Shown piece after piece: positions 26,240 through 34,401 of a stretch of DNA of 64,000 nucleotides. The stretch lies in the NCBI GenBank assembly GCA_038328575.1, contig JBBQMD010000004.1:22528-86527 (forward strand), written 5' to 3'. The notes under the pieces were generated by a model. It saw only the letters and a list, made by a program, of their open reading frames with translations. It made no database searches and was not told the DNA's origin. Origin of the DNA: Phycisphaerales bacterium. Its GTDB lineage: Bacteria; Planctomycetota; Phycisphaerae; Phycisphaerales; UBA1924. Position numbers and translations under genes: made by a program. Numbering within the stretch: the first letter of the stretch is position 1; each line of letters starts with the position of its first letter.

Positions 26240-27298
26240 ATGAACGCCCGGACCAACGCGGACGAGAGAGCCACAGTGAAGATCGACATCACGCCCCTCG
26301 CTGGCCCTCCCGGCGTCCTTGACCCGCACGCCGCACCCGCTGGCACTGCAAACGCCCCCGTAGATTCGGCGCGCCTCGGGCGACAGAGCGGTGCGCCGAT
26401 CATCCGTGTACCCCACGAGTCGCCCCATGTTGACGTCATGGGCGGCTCACTCCGCCACGAGATCAAATGTCTCGACCACGGCTTCATCGCCCTGGTTGAC
26501 GCCATGCCCCGCCTCGTTCCCCAAGGCCAGACCGCCGACGCCGCGATCGTTCAGGCCGCCCGCGTCAGCTATGGCCAAGGCACCAAAAAAATCTCCGAAG
26601 ACCGCGGCCTCATCCGCTACCTCCTCCGCCACCGCCACACCACACCCTTCGAGATGGTCGAGTTCAAGTTCCACGTCGCGATGCCGATCTTCATCGCTCG
26701 CCAGTGGATCCGCCACCGCACCGCCAACGTCAACGAATACTCCGGTCGCTACAGCCTCATGCCCGACCGCTTCTACCGCCCCAGCGTGGACCAGGTCCGC
26801 AAGCAGAGCAAGAGCAACCGCCAGGGCGGCGAAGAGCTCTTCACCAACCAGCCCGACTCGCCGCAAGAGGCCCTGACCGCTCAGGAGTTTCTAGATTATC
26901 TCGCCCAGAGCGAGAAGCTCTACGAGCAGTACACCAAGCTCAACGAAAAGGGCGTGAGCCGCGAGCTGGCCCGCATCGGCCTGCCGGTCAGCCTCTACAC
27001 AGAGTGGTACTGGAAGTGTGACCTGCACAACATCCTGCGCTTCCTCTCACTGCGGATGGATTCTCACGCGCAAATGGAAATCCGCGTCTTCGCCCAGGCG
27101 ATGCACGACCTGATCGAGCCGATCGTCCCGATCACCTGCGAAGCCTTCGGCGACTATGAGATCGACAGCGTCCACCTTACCAAGCTTGAACTGGCCGCCC
27201 TCCGCGACAAAGCCGCCGGGGGCCTGGGCTTGCTCGCCAGCGAGAACAAGCGCGAGGCCGAGGAGTGGGAAGCCAAGAAGTCGCGTTTGGGGATCTAG
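26240..27298 (+). CDS. thyX: FAD-dependent thymidylate synthase
   Basis: 'RQWIRHRTANVNEYSGRYS' ThyX motif and 'LLRHRHTTPFEM'. The N-terminal ~66 codons are non-homologous, so ATG 26438 is an alternative start. Confidence 0.85.
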   Translation: MNARTNADERATVKIDITPLAGPPGVLDPHAAPAGTANAPVDSARLGRQSGAPIIRVPHESPHVDVMGGSLRHEIKCLDHGFIALVDAMPRLVPQGQTADAAIVQAARVSYGQGTKKISEDRGLIRYLLRHRHTTPFEMVEFKFHVAMPIFIARQWIRHRTANVNEYSGRYSLMPDRFYRPSVDQVRKQSKSNRQGGEELFTNQPDSPQEALTAQEFLDYLAQSEKLYEQYTKLNEKGVSRELARIGLPVSLYTEWYWKCDLHNILRFLSLRMDSHAQMEIRVFAQAMHDLIEPIVPITCEAFGDYEIDSVHLTKLELAALRDKAAGGLGLLASENKREAEEWEAKKSRLGI

Positions 27299-27391
27299 GC
27301 GGTTTGAGGGCAGCGGGTTTTTCTGGCCCCCGCCCGGTTTATCATCCACACTGTTCAAGGTCTTTCATAAGACTTCCAGGGAGCCTTTCGC

Positions 27392-30019
27392 ATGCCTCAA
27401 CGTTCGCGCCGTGGTGTCTCGTTCGTCCAGTCGCCCGCCACCCCCGCGCCCCTCAGCGTGGCCGGTCGCCTTTCGGGCGCACTCCGCCTCGCCCGCGTCA
27501 TCTTCGCGCTCGCGATCCTGACGTGGCTGGTCAGCGCGCCCCTGCCCCTCGCCCGCGCCCAAGTCAACGGCTTCGCCCAGCCGGTCGTCGTCGAGCAGCT
27601 CACGGTCTCGACCACCGGCGGCAACTGCCGCGTGTTCCTGACGACCGTCGATCTGCTCGACCCGCGCGTCAGCATCAAGACCACCGGGGCCATCGTCAAC
27701 CCGCCCGCCGGCGCCGACAGCACGCTGATCACCGTCCCCGCTTGGCGAACCGCCAACAACGCGCGCGTCGCCATCAACGCCAACTTCTTCAGCACCCTGA
27801 CCGGCGGCAACGCCGACATCCTGGGCCTCAGCGTCAGCAACGGCACCGTCGTCTCCCCGGCGCGCCTCTTCGGCACCGGCAACCCCGACCCAGCCATCGT
27901 CTTCGGCGACGACCGCCTCGCCAAAGTCGACTACATCGCCCCGGGCGCGACCGCCGGCGTCCACAACGCCGTCGCCGGCATCGGCCCCAGTGCCACCGAC
28001 GCAGTCCTCGGCACGCTGCTGGTCACCGACGGCCAAAACACCGGCGCCACCGCACGCGTGGACCCGCTCAATCGAAACCCGCGCACCGCCATCGGCGTGA
28101 GCCGCGATGGCACGCGCCTGTTTCTCTTCGTCGTTGACGGGCGTCAGGCCTCCAGCGTCGGCATGACCCTCCCTGAAGTCGCTGACTTCCTCATCAAGCG
28201 CGGCGTCTGGCGCGCCATCAACCTTGATGGTGGCGGCTCTTCCTCCTTCGTCGCCCGCCTCGATAACAACTCCACCCTGCAAAACATTCCCAGCGACACC
28301 GGCAACGCTTTCCGCGGCGTCGCCAACCACCTGGGAATCATGGTCAACGGCACCTTCACCGGCGGCACCGAGCGCGTCCGGCGTCCGATCCGCGGCGTCT
28401 GGCTCCGCCCGCCCGGCGCGCCGGGCCAGACTGGCGACCTCGCCCTGCTGGACAGCAAGATGGCGACGCTCGCAGCGAACGGGATTCGCGACCTGTTTCT
28501 TGAGGCTCTCTTTTGGGGCAAAGAGACCGGCCAAACCGGCGTCTTCCCCGGGCACGCGTTCACCAACAACACCGGCGACTACCTAGCGCAGGCGATCCAG
28601 CTTGCGAACAAGAACGGCATCCGCCTGCACGCCTGGTGCGAGACCGGCTACCTCGATTTCGGCACCAATCCATCGGCTTTGCTCACCGCCAACCCCGGCT
28701 GGGTCGTCAAGAACATTGACCAGACCCCCGACCCGCAGACCGGCGTGCCCGTGACCGGCGACATTGACTTCCAGCGTTTCGTCAACCTCGGCAACCCGGG
28801 CGTGCGCACGCAACTCAACTCGTACTTCACCGCCATGGCCAACAAATACGTCAGCCTCGAAGGGATCCAGGCAGACTACCACTTCTTCCCGCTAGCGCCC
28901 AGCAGCGCCGCGCCGTGGAGCTACGACGACTGGGCCCGCGGCGCGTACCAGGCCCAGTTTGGCGTGGACCCGCAGTCCTTCGCCAACACCGCCGGCACCA
29001 CCTTCCACACCAACTGGCTCGCTTGGAACCGCAACAACGTCACGCAGGCGCTGGTGCAGATCGGCGACGCGACGCGGGCCGTCTCGCCGAGCATCAGCCT
29101 GTCGAGCGTCGCCTTCGCGGATTGGTCCAGCGCGTTTCACCGCAGCAAGATGATCGACCTGCCCAGTTGGGGCACGACCAACGCCAGCGACATGTACTTC
29201 TTCATGGCCTACTTCACCATCTCCGGCACGTCGGTGACCCAGATCAACGCCGGGATCGCCGCGATCCAGGCCGATGTCGATCGCGCCAAGACTGCCTTGC
29301 CGGGCAAGCGCGCCATCGCGGGCCTTGCCAACCTCACCGACATCCTTCGCCTGAACGTCACGCAACAGCTGAACGCCATCAAGGGTCGCGGCGTTGAAGA
29401 CTTCGCCTGGTTCGAAGCCAACACCATGATCGCCAACCCCGGCATGCTCACCATGCTCAACACCTGGGTGAGTTCCACCGCCACCAAGCAACTGGGCGAT
29501 CTGAACAACGACGGGTATCTGGATCAGCGCGATATCACGCTCTTTGACGCGCTCTTCACCGGCACGCCCATCACGCCCCCGGGCGTCAACACACGCTACG
29601 ACCTCAACGCCGACAACACCATCAACGCGGTCGATCGCGTCGAGCTCCTGCGCCTCTTCAAGCGCAGCGTCTTCGGCGAAGACGGTGCCGTGGACTCACG
29701 CGACCTGCGCGCCCTGAACCTCGCCCGCACCAACGGCAACGGCACCATCCCCGCCATCCTCAACCGATGGGACCTCAACGCCGACGGCAAGGTCAATGAT
29801 CTTGACGCCCAGATCCTGCGTGACAACGCGACCACCGACCTCTCGCTGCTCACCGACATCAACAACGACGGCGTGCGGAACATTGATGACGTCTACGCAC
29901 AGTTCGCAATCCCCGCCGATGTCAATCGCGATGGCGTGATCGACTCTCAGGATCAGATCGAGTTCATCGCGAGTTTTCGCCAGTTCGAAGCCACCGACAG
30001 CCGCGGCGTGCAGCGATGA
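27392..30019 (+). CDS. Secreted multidomain protein: phosphodiester glycosidase-like + GHL10-like + dockerin-type repeats
   Basis: Signal peptide '...LVSAPLPLARAQV'. NAGPA/DUF2233-like 'ARVAINANFF', 'RTAIGVSRDGTRLFLFVVDGR', 'AINLDGGGSSSF'. The central 'GVWLRPP...LHAWCETGY' region is a weaker GHL10/YngK-like call. Five DxNxDG loops at the C-terminus. Confidence 0.75.
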   Translation: MPQRSRRGVSFVQSPATPAPLSVAGRLSGALRLARVIFALAILTWLVSAPLPLARAQVNGFAQPVVVEQLTVSTTGGNCRVFLTTVDLLDPRVSIKTTGAIVNPPAGADSTLITVPAWRTANNARVAINANFFSTLTGGNADILGLSVSNGTVVSPARLFGTGNPDPAIVFGDDRLAKVDYIAPGATAGVHNAVAGIGPSATDAVLGTLLVTDGQNTGATARVDPLNRNPRTAIGVSRDGTRLFLFVVDGRQASSVGMTLPEVADFLIKRGVWRAINLDGGGSSSFVARLDNNSTLQNIPSDTGNAFRGVANHLGIMVNGTFTGGTERVRRPIRGVWLRPPGAPGQTGDLALLDSKMATLAANGIRDLFLEALFWGKETGQTGVFPGHAFTNNTGDYLAQAIQLANKNGIRLHAWCETGYLDFGTNPSALLTANPGWVVKNIDQTPDPQTGVPVTGDIDFQRFVNLGNPGVRTQLNSYFTAMANKYVSLEGIQADYHFFPLAPSSAAPWSYDDWARGAYQAQFGVDPQSFANTAGTTFHTNWLAWNRNNVTQALVQIGDATRAVSPSISLSSVAFADWSSAFHRSKMIDLPSWGTTNASDMYFFMAYFTISGTSVTQINAGIAAIQADVDRAKTALPGKRAIAGLANLTDILRLNVTQQLNAIKGRGVEDFAWFEANTMIANPGMLTMLNTWVSSTATKQLGDLNNDGYLDQRDITLFDALFTGTPITPPGVNTRYDLNADNTINAVDRVELLRLFKRSVFGEDGAVDSRDLRALNLARTNGNGTIPAILNRWDLNADGKVNDLDAQILRDNATTDLSLLTDINNDGVRNIDDVYAQFAIPADVNRDGVIDSQDQIEFIASFRQFEATDSRGVQR
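29498..29989 (+). other. Dockerin/EF-hand-type Ca-binding repeat region (5 loops)
   Basis: 'DLNNDGYLDQRD', 'DLNADNTINAVD', 'DLNADGKVNDLD', 'DINNDGVRNIDD', 'DVNRDGVIDSQD', read directly from the translation. Confidence 0.7.
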
Positions 30020-30047
30020 ATCTCGCGCCAGGCGGTATGCTCGACGC

Positions 30048-30944
30048 ATGAACGGCACAACGCTCGGATTGGACATCGGCGGAACGTCCGTCAAGGGCGT
30101 GCTCATGCGTGACGCCCACGTCACGCGTCGTTCGCAGTCCTCGCGATATCACCGTCCGGACGCGACGGGTATCGCGAACGCCCTGCGCGAGGCCCTGATC
30201 GCACTGACCGCCGGCGCACCGGAAGACGCGCCCAGCGGATGTGTCGGGCTCTGCGCCCCGGGCCTGATCGATGCGCAGACCACACGCGTTGAAACCTCGA
30301 TGAACATCCCGGGCCTGGTTGGCACGCGGCTTGACGAACTGCTCTCACGGGTCATGAACCGTCCGTTCACCGGGGTTCGGATCGTCAGCGACGCCCTTGC
30401 CGCCGCGACAGACTTTCGCACGGTCGCGACGCCGTTGATCGACGGTCGCTTGCTGGCGATCTCGCTGGGCACCGGCGTAGGGATGGCAATCCTTGAGCCC
30501 GACGGAACGCAACTCACCGTGAACCCCGGGACGTCCGGGCACCTGGGGCAGATCGATGTCTCCCTCAACGACCACGCCCCGATCGGGCCTGACGGCGGGC
30601 GTGGTTCGCTGGAGGCATACATCGGGCTCCCGGCGTTGCGGACGCGTTACGCCGAGCGCCTGGGGCCGTCACTCAGCCGCGCCCGCCTGAGCGATGCACC
30701 GATTCGAGCCCTGGTGCGAGCGATCCGGATCGCGCACGCGATTTATCGGCCTCACTGCGTCGCGCTGCTGGGGGGCGTGGGCATCGCGATCGGCGAGTCT
30801 CCGGCTGGAGCGGCGCTGCACGAGAAGATCAGCGACGGTTTGACGAGCCTGGCCCGACCGGGCTGGCGGCTGGAGTTTGCCCACGACGGGCATCACGCCG
30901 CGGCGGGGGCCGCTCGCCTGGCAGAGGTCGGTCATTTCCCCTAA
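30048..30944 (+). CDS. ROK/ASKHA-family sugar kinase
   Basis: 'LGLDIGGTSVKGVL' phosphate-1 motif, 'ISLGTGVGMAI', 'GHLGQI'. The classical ROK CxCGxxGC zinc motif is not visible. Confidence 0.75.
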   Translation: MNGTTLGLDIGGTSVKGVLMRDAHVTRRSQSSRYHRPDATGIANALREALIALTAGAPEDAPSGCVGLCAPGLIDAQTTRVETSMNIPGLVGTRLDELLSRVMNRPFTGVRIVSDALAAATDFRTVATPLIDGRLLAISLGTGVGMAILEPDGTQLTVNPGTSGHLGQIDVSLNDHAPIGPDGGRGSLEAYIGLPALRTRYAERLGPSLSRARLSDAPIRALVRAIRIAHAIYRPHCVALLGGVGIAIGESPAGAALHEKISDGLTSLARPGWRLEFAHDGHHAAAGAARLAEVGHFP

Positions 30945-31045
30945 TCAAGTGGTTATCGGTCTGAAGATTAGGGGTTTCCATATGGTATGACCCCGGTTTG
31001 TCGGCTCAAAAGGTGCCTAAAGATCGCGTTATTTTTTACGGGCAC

Positions 31046-31073
31046 TTGCCGCAGTATGTTATAGAATTATGAT
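31046..31073 (+). promoter_or_regulatory. Candidate sigma-70-like promoter (TTGCCG-16 nt-TATGAT)
   Basis: -35 at 31046-31051 and -10 at 31068-31073, inside the most AT-rich patch of the window. An 8-bp hairpin follows (GGTCGGCA 31080-87 / TGCCGACC 31095-102). Promoter consensus for this lineage is unknown to me. Confidence 0.3.
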
Positions 31074-31160
31074 CCCGATGGTCGGCAGGTGTCTTGCCGA
31101 CCGGGACAGCCACCAGTTCGCCCGCGCGTCTGCGGGTCCCTTGGAAAAGAGGAGAATTTG

Positions 31161-33062
31161 ATGAGTCGCACGAATGCAGTCGCGTGTTTGCTGGTGCTCG
31201 CTGGGATGGCCCAGTCCGCCTCGGCCCAGATCACTTTCCAGTTGCAACGCACGGAGGAGTTCTTTGCGCTGCGTCAAGACGGCCTGCCGCAGACGCCGCC
31301 GCTGACGGGGTTTGATCCGAACCCGTTCTTTGTGAACAGCCCGGGGTCGATCGCGGCGGGCCCGACGAGCGCGACGTGGTACGTTGGCGGCATCGACATC
31401 GGCGGTACGAAGCTGAACCAGTCCTGGGACACCGCTGCCGTGCGCGTCGGCTTTGCCAACACTCAGGGCACGACGCCCACGGTGGGCGCGCGGCGAAGCT
31501 TCGCCACCATGCCTGACAGCCGGGTGCCCGCTGGCACCACGCCCATCGGCTCAGGGCGCGGCACGAATAACGTCGCCTATGACACGATCAACAACCGCGT
31601 GCTGGTGACCTCCGACCTCGGCGGCGGCTTCGGCAAGCTCGCGATCTTCGACGGCTCGCTCTCGCCCAGCCTCGGCTTGATCCCCTCGCTCTCGACCGCT
31701 GAGACGACCCGACGTGTCATGGGCGGCGGCGCGTGGGACTTCGGCCCTGATCGCGCCAACGGCAATCCCGGCCTTTCGACGCTCGTGCGTGATGCGCTGC
31801 CCCTGGTGGCGGCCCTGGACAACGGCGAAGCCGGCCCGCGCGGCGTGCAGCGCTCAACGCTGGACAACGCTGGCGAGTATGACGCCGTGAACAACCCCGG
31901 CGGTTTTTTGTACCTGTACTCGCCCGCGTCACTGACCACCAACGCGCCGAAGTTCTTCCCGAACTCTCCGGACTACGGTGCCAACGGGGAAGGTCTGGCC
32001 ATCAGCACGACCAACTCCATCCATCGTGACATTGACATCGATGCGGATTCAGGCCTCATGGTGAGCCGCTCGAACAACTCGCTGATCGCGGCCGTGCGTC
32101 AGGCCGACAATCGCGTGCCCACCGCAAACATCACGCGCATCTCGATTCCCAACGGCTTGTTCATCAACCAGGTGTGCCAGAACGTCAAGATCATGAAGGG
32201 CACGCCCCTGGGTGATCTGGTGATCCTCAACAATCGCCCGACGACCCCCGCTGGCCCCAACACTTTCACTTCGACCCAGATCCGCCAGGTGACAGCGCCG
32301 GGTAGCGCCAACCCCTTCCCGCTCGTGACCACGACTTGGAAGCGCCCTGATGGCTCGACCGTCGCCTCGCTGACTGACAACATTCAGCTCATGGACTACG
32401 CCTGGCTCCCGGGCGAGCAGCGTCTGCTGCTGCTGGACACTGGCGGCAACGGCACGGTGTTCGTCTTCGACCTGATCACGTCGGCCGCGGACATCACGAC
32501 TCCTCCCGCGAACGTCTGCGTCGAGGCTGGCGCGAGCACCACGCTCACGGTCGCGACCAGCGGCCAGGGCGTGAACTTCCAGTGGGCCCTGAACACTGTG
32601 GACATTCTCGGCGCGACCAGCGCTTCGTACACGATCGCTAGCGCCAGCGCGCTGAACACCGGCACATACACCGTCCGCGCGTTCAACGCGCTGAACGGCA
32701 CGCCGGCGTCCGGCTCTGCGGTGGTGACGCTCGGCCCCTGCGGCGGGCCGACGTTCCCGGCGCGTTGCAACCCCGTGGACATCGCGTATGACACGGGTGA
32801 TCCGCTCCCGCGTCCGGCCATCGCGGGCGCTGGCGGCACGCCGGAGATCCCCGGCGACTTCGGCGGCGTGAACAACGGTGTCACCGAGGGTGATTACAAC
32901 CTCTTCTTCGCCAACTTCTTCGACGCCGGCATCGTTTGCGATATCGCTAACGACGACGGCGCGCCCTTGCCGCCCTTTGGCACCCTCACGACGAACAACG
33001 GCGTGACCGAGGCGGACTACAACCTCTTCTTCTCCATCTTCTTCGACGGCTGCTCGTTCTAA
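31161..33062 (+). CDS. Secreted protein: beta-rich N-domain, Ig-like domain, duplicated Cys-bracketed C-terminal module
   Basis: AGGAG (31150-54) sits 6 nt before ATG 31161. Signal peptide 'ACLLVLAGMAQSASAQ'. Ig-like 'VCVEAGASTTLTVATSGQGVNFQWALN...GTYTVRAFN'. C-terminal repeats are described separately. Confidence 0.7.
   Translation: MSRTNAVACLLVLAGMAQSASAQITFQLQRTEEFFALRQDGLPQTPPLTGFDPNPFFVNSPGSIAAGPTSATWYVGGIDIGGTKLNQSWDTAAVRVGFANTQGTTPTVGARRSFATMPDSRVPAGTTPIGSGRGTNNVAYDTINNRVLVTSDLGGGFGKLAIFDGSLSPSLGLIPSLSTAETTRRVMGGGAWDFGPDRANGNPGLSTLVRDALPLVAALDNGEAGPRGVQRSTLDNAGEYDAVNNPGGFLYLYSPASLTTNAPKFFPNSPDYGANGEGLAISTTNSIHRDIDIDADSGLMVSRSNNSLIAAVRQADNRVPTANITRISIPNGLFINQVCQNVKIMKGTPLGDLVILNNRPTTPAGPNTFTSTQIRQVTAPGSANPFPLVTTTWKRPDGSTVASLTDNIQLMDYAWLPGEQRLLLLDTGGNGTVFVFDLITSAADITTPPANVCVEAGASTTLTVATSGQGVNFQWALNTVDILGATSASYTIASASALNTGTYTVRAFNALNGTPASGSAVVTLGPCGGPTFPARCNPVDIAYDTGDPLPRPAIAGAGGTPEIPGDFGGVNNGVTEGDYNLFFANFFDAGIVCDIANDDGAPLPPFGTLTTNNGVTEADYNLFFSIFFDGCSF
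32766..33053 (+). other. Two tandem copies of a C...DxADDxGxPLP...NNGVTEGDYNxFFxxFFD module
   Basis: R1 at 32766-32936 and R2 at 32937-33053 ('CDIANDDGAPLPPFGTLTTNNGVTEADYNLFFSIFFDGC'). Confidence 0.8.
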
Positions 33063-33142
33063 TCAGATGGCTGAAGTGGCAGGCGCACGGCCTGCTATCG
33101 GAAGCCCGCTGGCCGACGGCACGAGCATGACAACCATCAAAG

Positions 33143-33169
33143 CCCCGGCTCACCAGAGCCGGGGTTTTT
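33143..33169 (+). terminator. Rho-independent terminator
   Basis: CCCCGGCTC-ACCA-GAGCCGGGG followed by TTTTT, 80 nt after the stop at 33062. Confidence 0.7.
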
Positions 33170-33253
33170 CGTTGAGCCTCGACGTGAAAATGGGTTGAAC
33201 CCGCAGCAGGAGACGCGCAGGGCGCGCCCGGCGCGATCGGCTACCATGGACCC

Positions 33254-34336
33254 ATGGCTTTCACGTTCGACCCAGACGCGGCGGCAACGGCGGACGCAGG
33301 GATCTTCGGCCTCCCCGACACGCGCGATGACGCGCACGTCGTGCTGTTCCCGGTCCCCTTTGACGCGACGACTTCGTATGGCGGCGGCTGCGGGTGCGGG
33401 CCCGACGCGATCCTGCGCGCTTCGGTGCAGGTGGACCTCTACGACGTGCAGTTCGGGCGCATCTATGCCCAGGGCATTCACATGCTGCCGAGCCCGGCGC
33501 GGGTGGGCAAGTCCAGCAAGGCGGCGCGAAGGCTGGCGATGCCGATCATCGCCAAGTGTGGCGCGGACAAGGGCGACAAAAAGAGTGTCGCGGAGATCAA
33601 CCGCGCTGGTGAGCTGGTGAACGAGTACGCGTACCAGACAGCGTGGTCGATCCTGGCGCAAGGAAAGGTGCCGGGGCTGGTCGGGGGCGATCACTCGACT
33701 CCACTGGGGGCGATCCGCGCGTGCGCCGAGTACGTGCAGCGCTTGCAGGCGGCGGATCGCAAGATGCACCCGCGCGACCGGGGGCTGGGCATCCTGCACA
33801 TCGACGCGCACATGGACCTGCGCCCCGCGTTCGAGGGCTTCAAGTACTCGCACGCGTCGATCATGTACAACGTGCTGAGCGAGATTAGCGAGGTGAGCAA
33901 GCTGGTGCAGATCGGCATCCGCGACTTCGGCGAGGCGGAGTTTGACTTTGCCAAGGCCCAGGACCGGCGCGTCAGCACGCACTTTGACCTGGACTGGTCC
34001 ACGCGTCAGAGCGACGGCGAGAGCTTCAGTGCGCTGGCGCAGAAGGCGGTGCGGGAGCTGCCGCAGTGTGTGTACATCAGCTTTGACATCGACGGGCTGG
34101 ACCCGAGCCTGTGCCCGCACACGGGCACGCCGGTGCCGGGCGGGCTGAGTTTTAATCAGTCGGCGGTGCTGCTCAAGACGCTGGTGGACGCGGGCAAGAA
34201 GGTCGTGGGCTTTGACCTGGTCGAGGTGTGCCCGGGGGCCAGCAGTAGCGCGCCAGAGTGGGATGCGAACGTCGGGGCGCGTGTGCTCTACAAGCTGTGC
34301 GGAGCCGCGATGGACCCGGCGACACAGGGGGTTTAG
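33254..34336 (+). CDS. Agmatinase/ureohydrolase-family protein (long form)
   Basis: Mn-binding motifs 'GGDHSTPLG', 'LHIDAHMDLR', 'ISFDIDGLDPS'. Confidence 0.8.
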   Translation: MAFTFDPDAAATADAGIFGLPDTRDDAHVVLFPVPFDATTSYGGGCGCGPDAILRASVQVDLYDVQFGRIYAQGIHMLPSPARVGKSSKAARRLAMPIIAKCGADKGDKKSVAEINRAGELVNEYAYQTAWSILAQGKVPGLVGGDHSTPLGAIRACAEYVQRLQAADRKMHPRDRGLGILHIDAHMDLRPAFEGFKYSHASIMYNVLSEISEVSKLVQIGIRDFGEAEFDFAKAQDRRVSTHFDLDWSTRQSDGESFSALAQKAVRELPQCVYISFDIDGLDPSLCPHTGTPVPGGLSFNQSAVLLKTLVDAGKKVVGFDLVEVCPGASSSAPEWDANVGARVLYKLCGAAMDPATQGV

Positions 34337-34356
34337 ACCAAACCAGACGCCCCGCG

Positions 34357-34387
34357 GGCTGGTGCTTGAGCATCAAGCGGGCCAGCC
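34357..34387. terminator. Interrupted hairpin in a convergent spacer
   Basis: GGCTGG-T-GCTTGA / loop GCA / TCAAGC-GGG-CCAGCC, between the stops at 34336 (+) and 34402 (-). No clear T-tract. Confidence 0.35.
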
Positions 34388-34401
34388 GTCGGCGAGTGGG
34401 C

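Noticed and set aside
24632-26428. 598-aa ORF on the minus strand
   Set aside because: It is antisense to the well-supported E2 gene. Gly/Ala/Asp/Val-rich mirror translation.
26240-26437. The N-terminal 66-codon extension of ThyX as a novel domain
   Set aside because: It is low-complexity with only moderately high third-position GC, and an internal ATG at 26438 gives a normal ThyX N-terminus. This is more likely start-codon ambiguity.
31089-31160. Upstream GTG start of the 657-aa track ORF
   Set aside because: That GTG lies inside the 31080-31102 hairpin. AGGAG + ATG at 31161 gives a textbook signal peptide.
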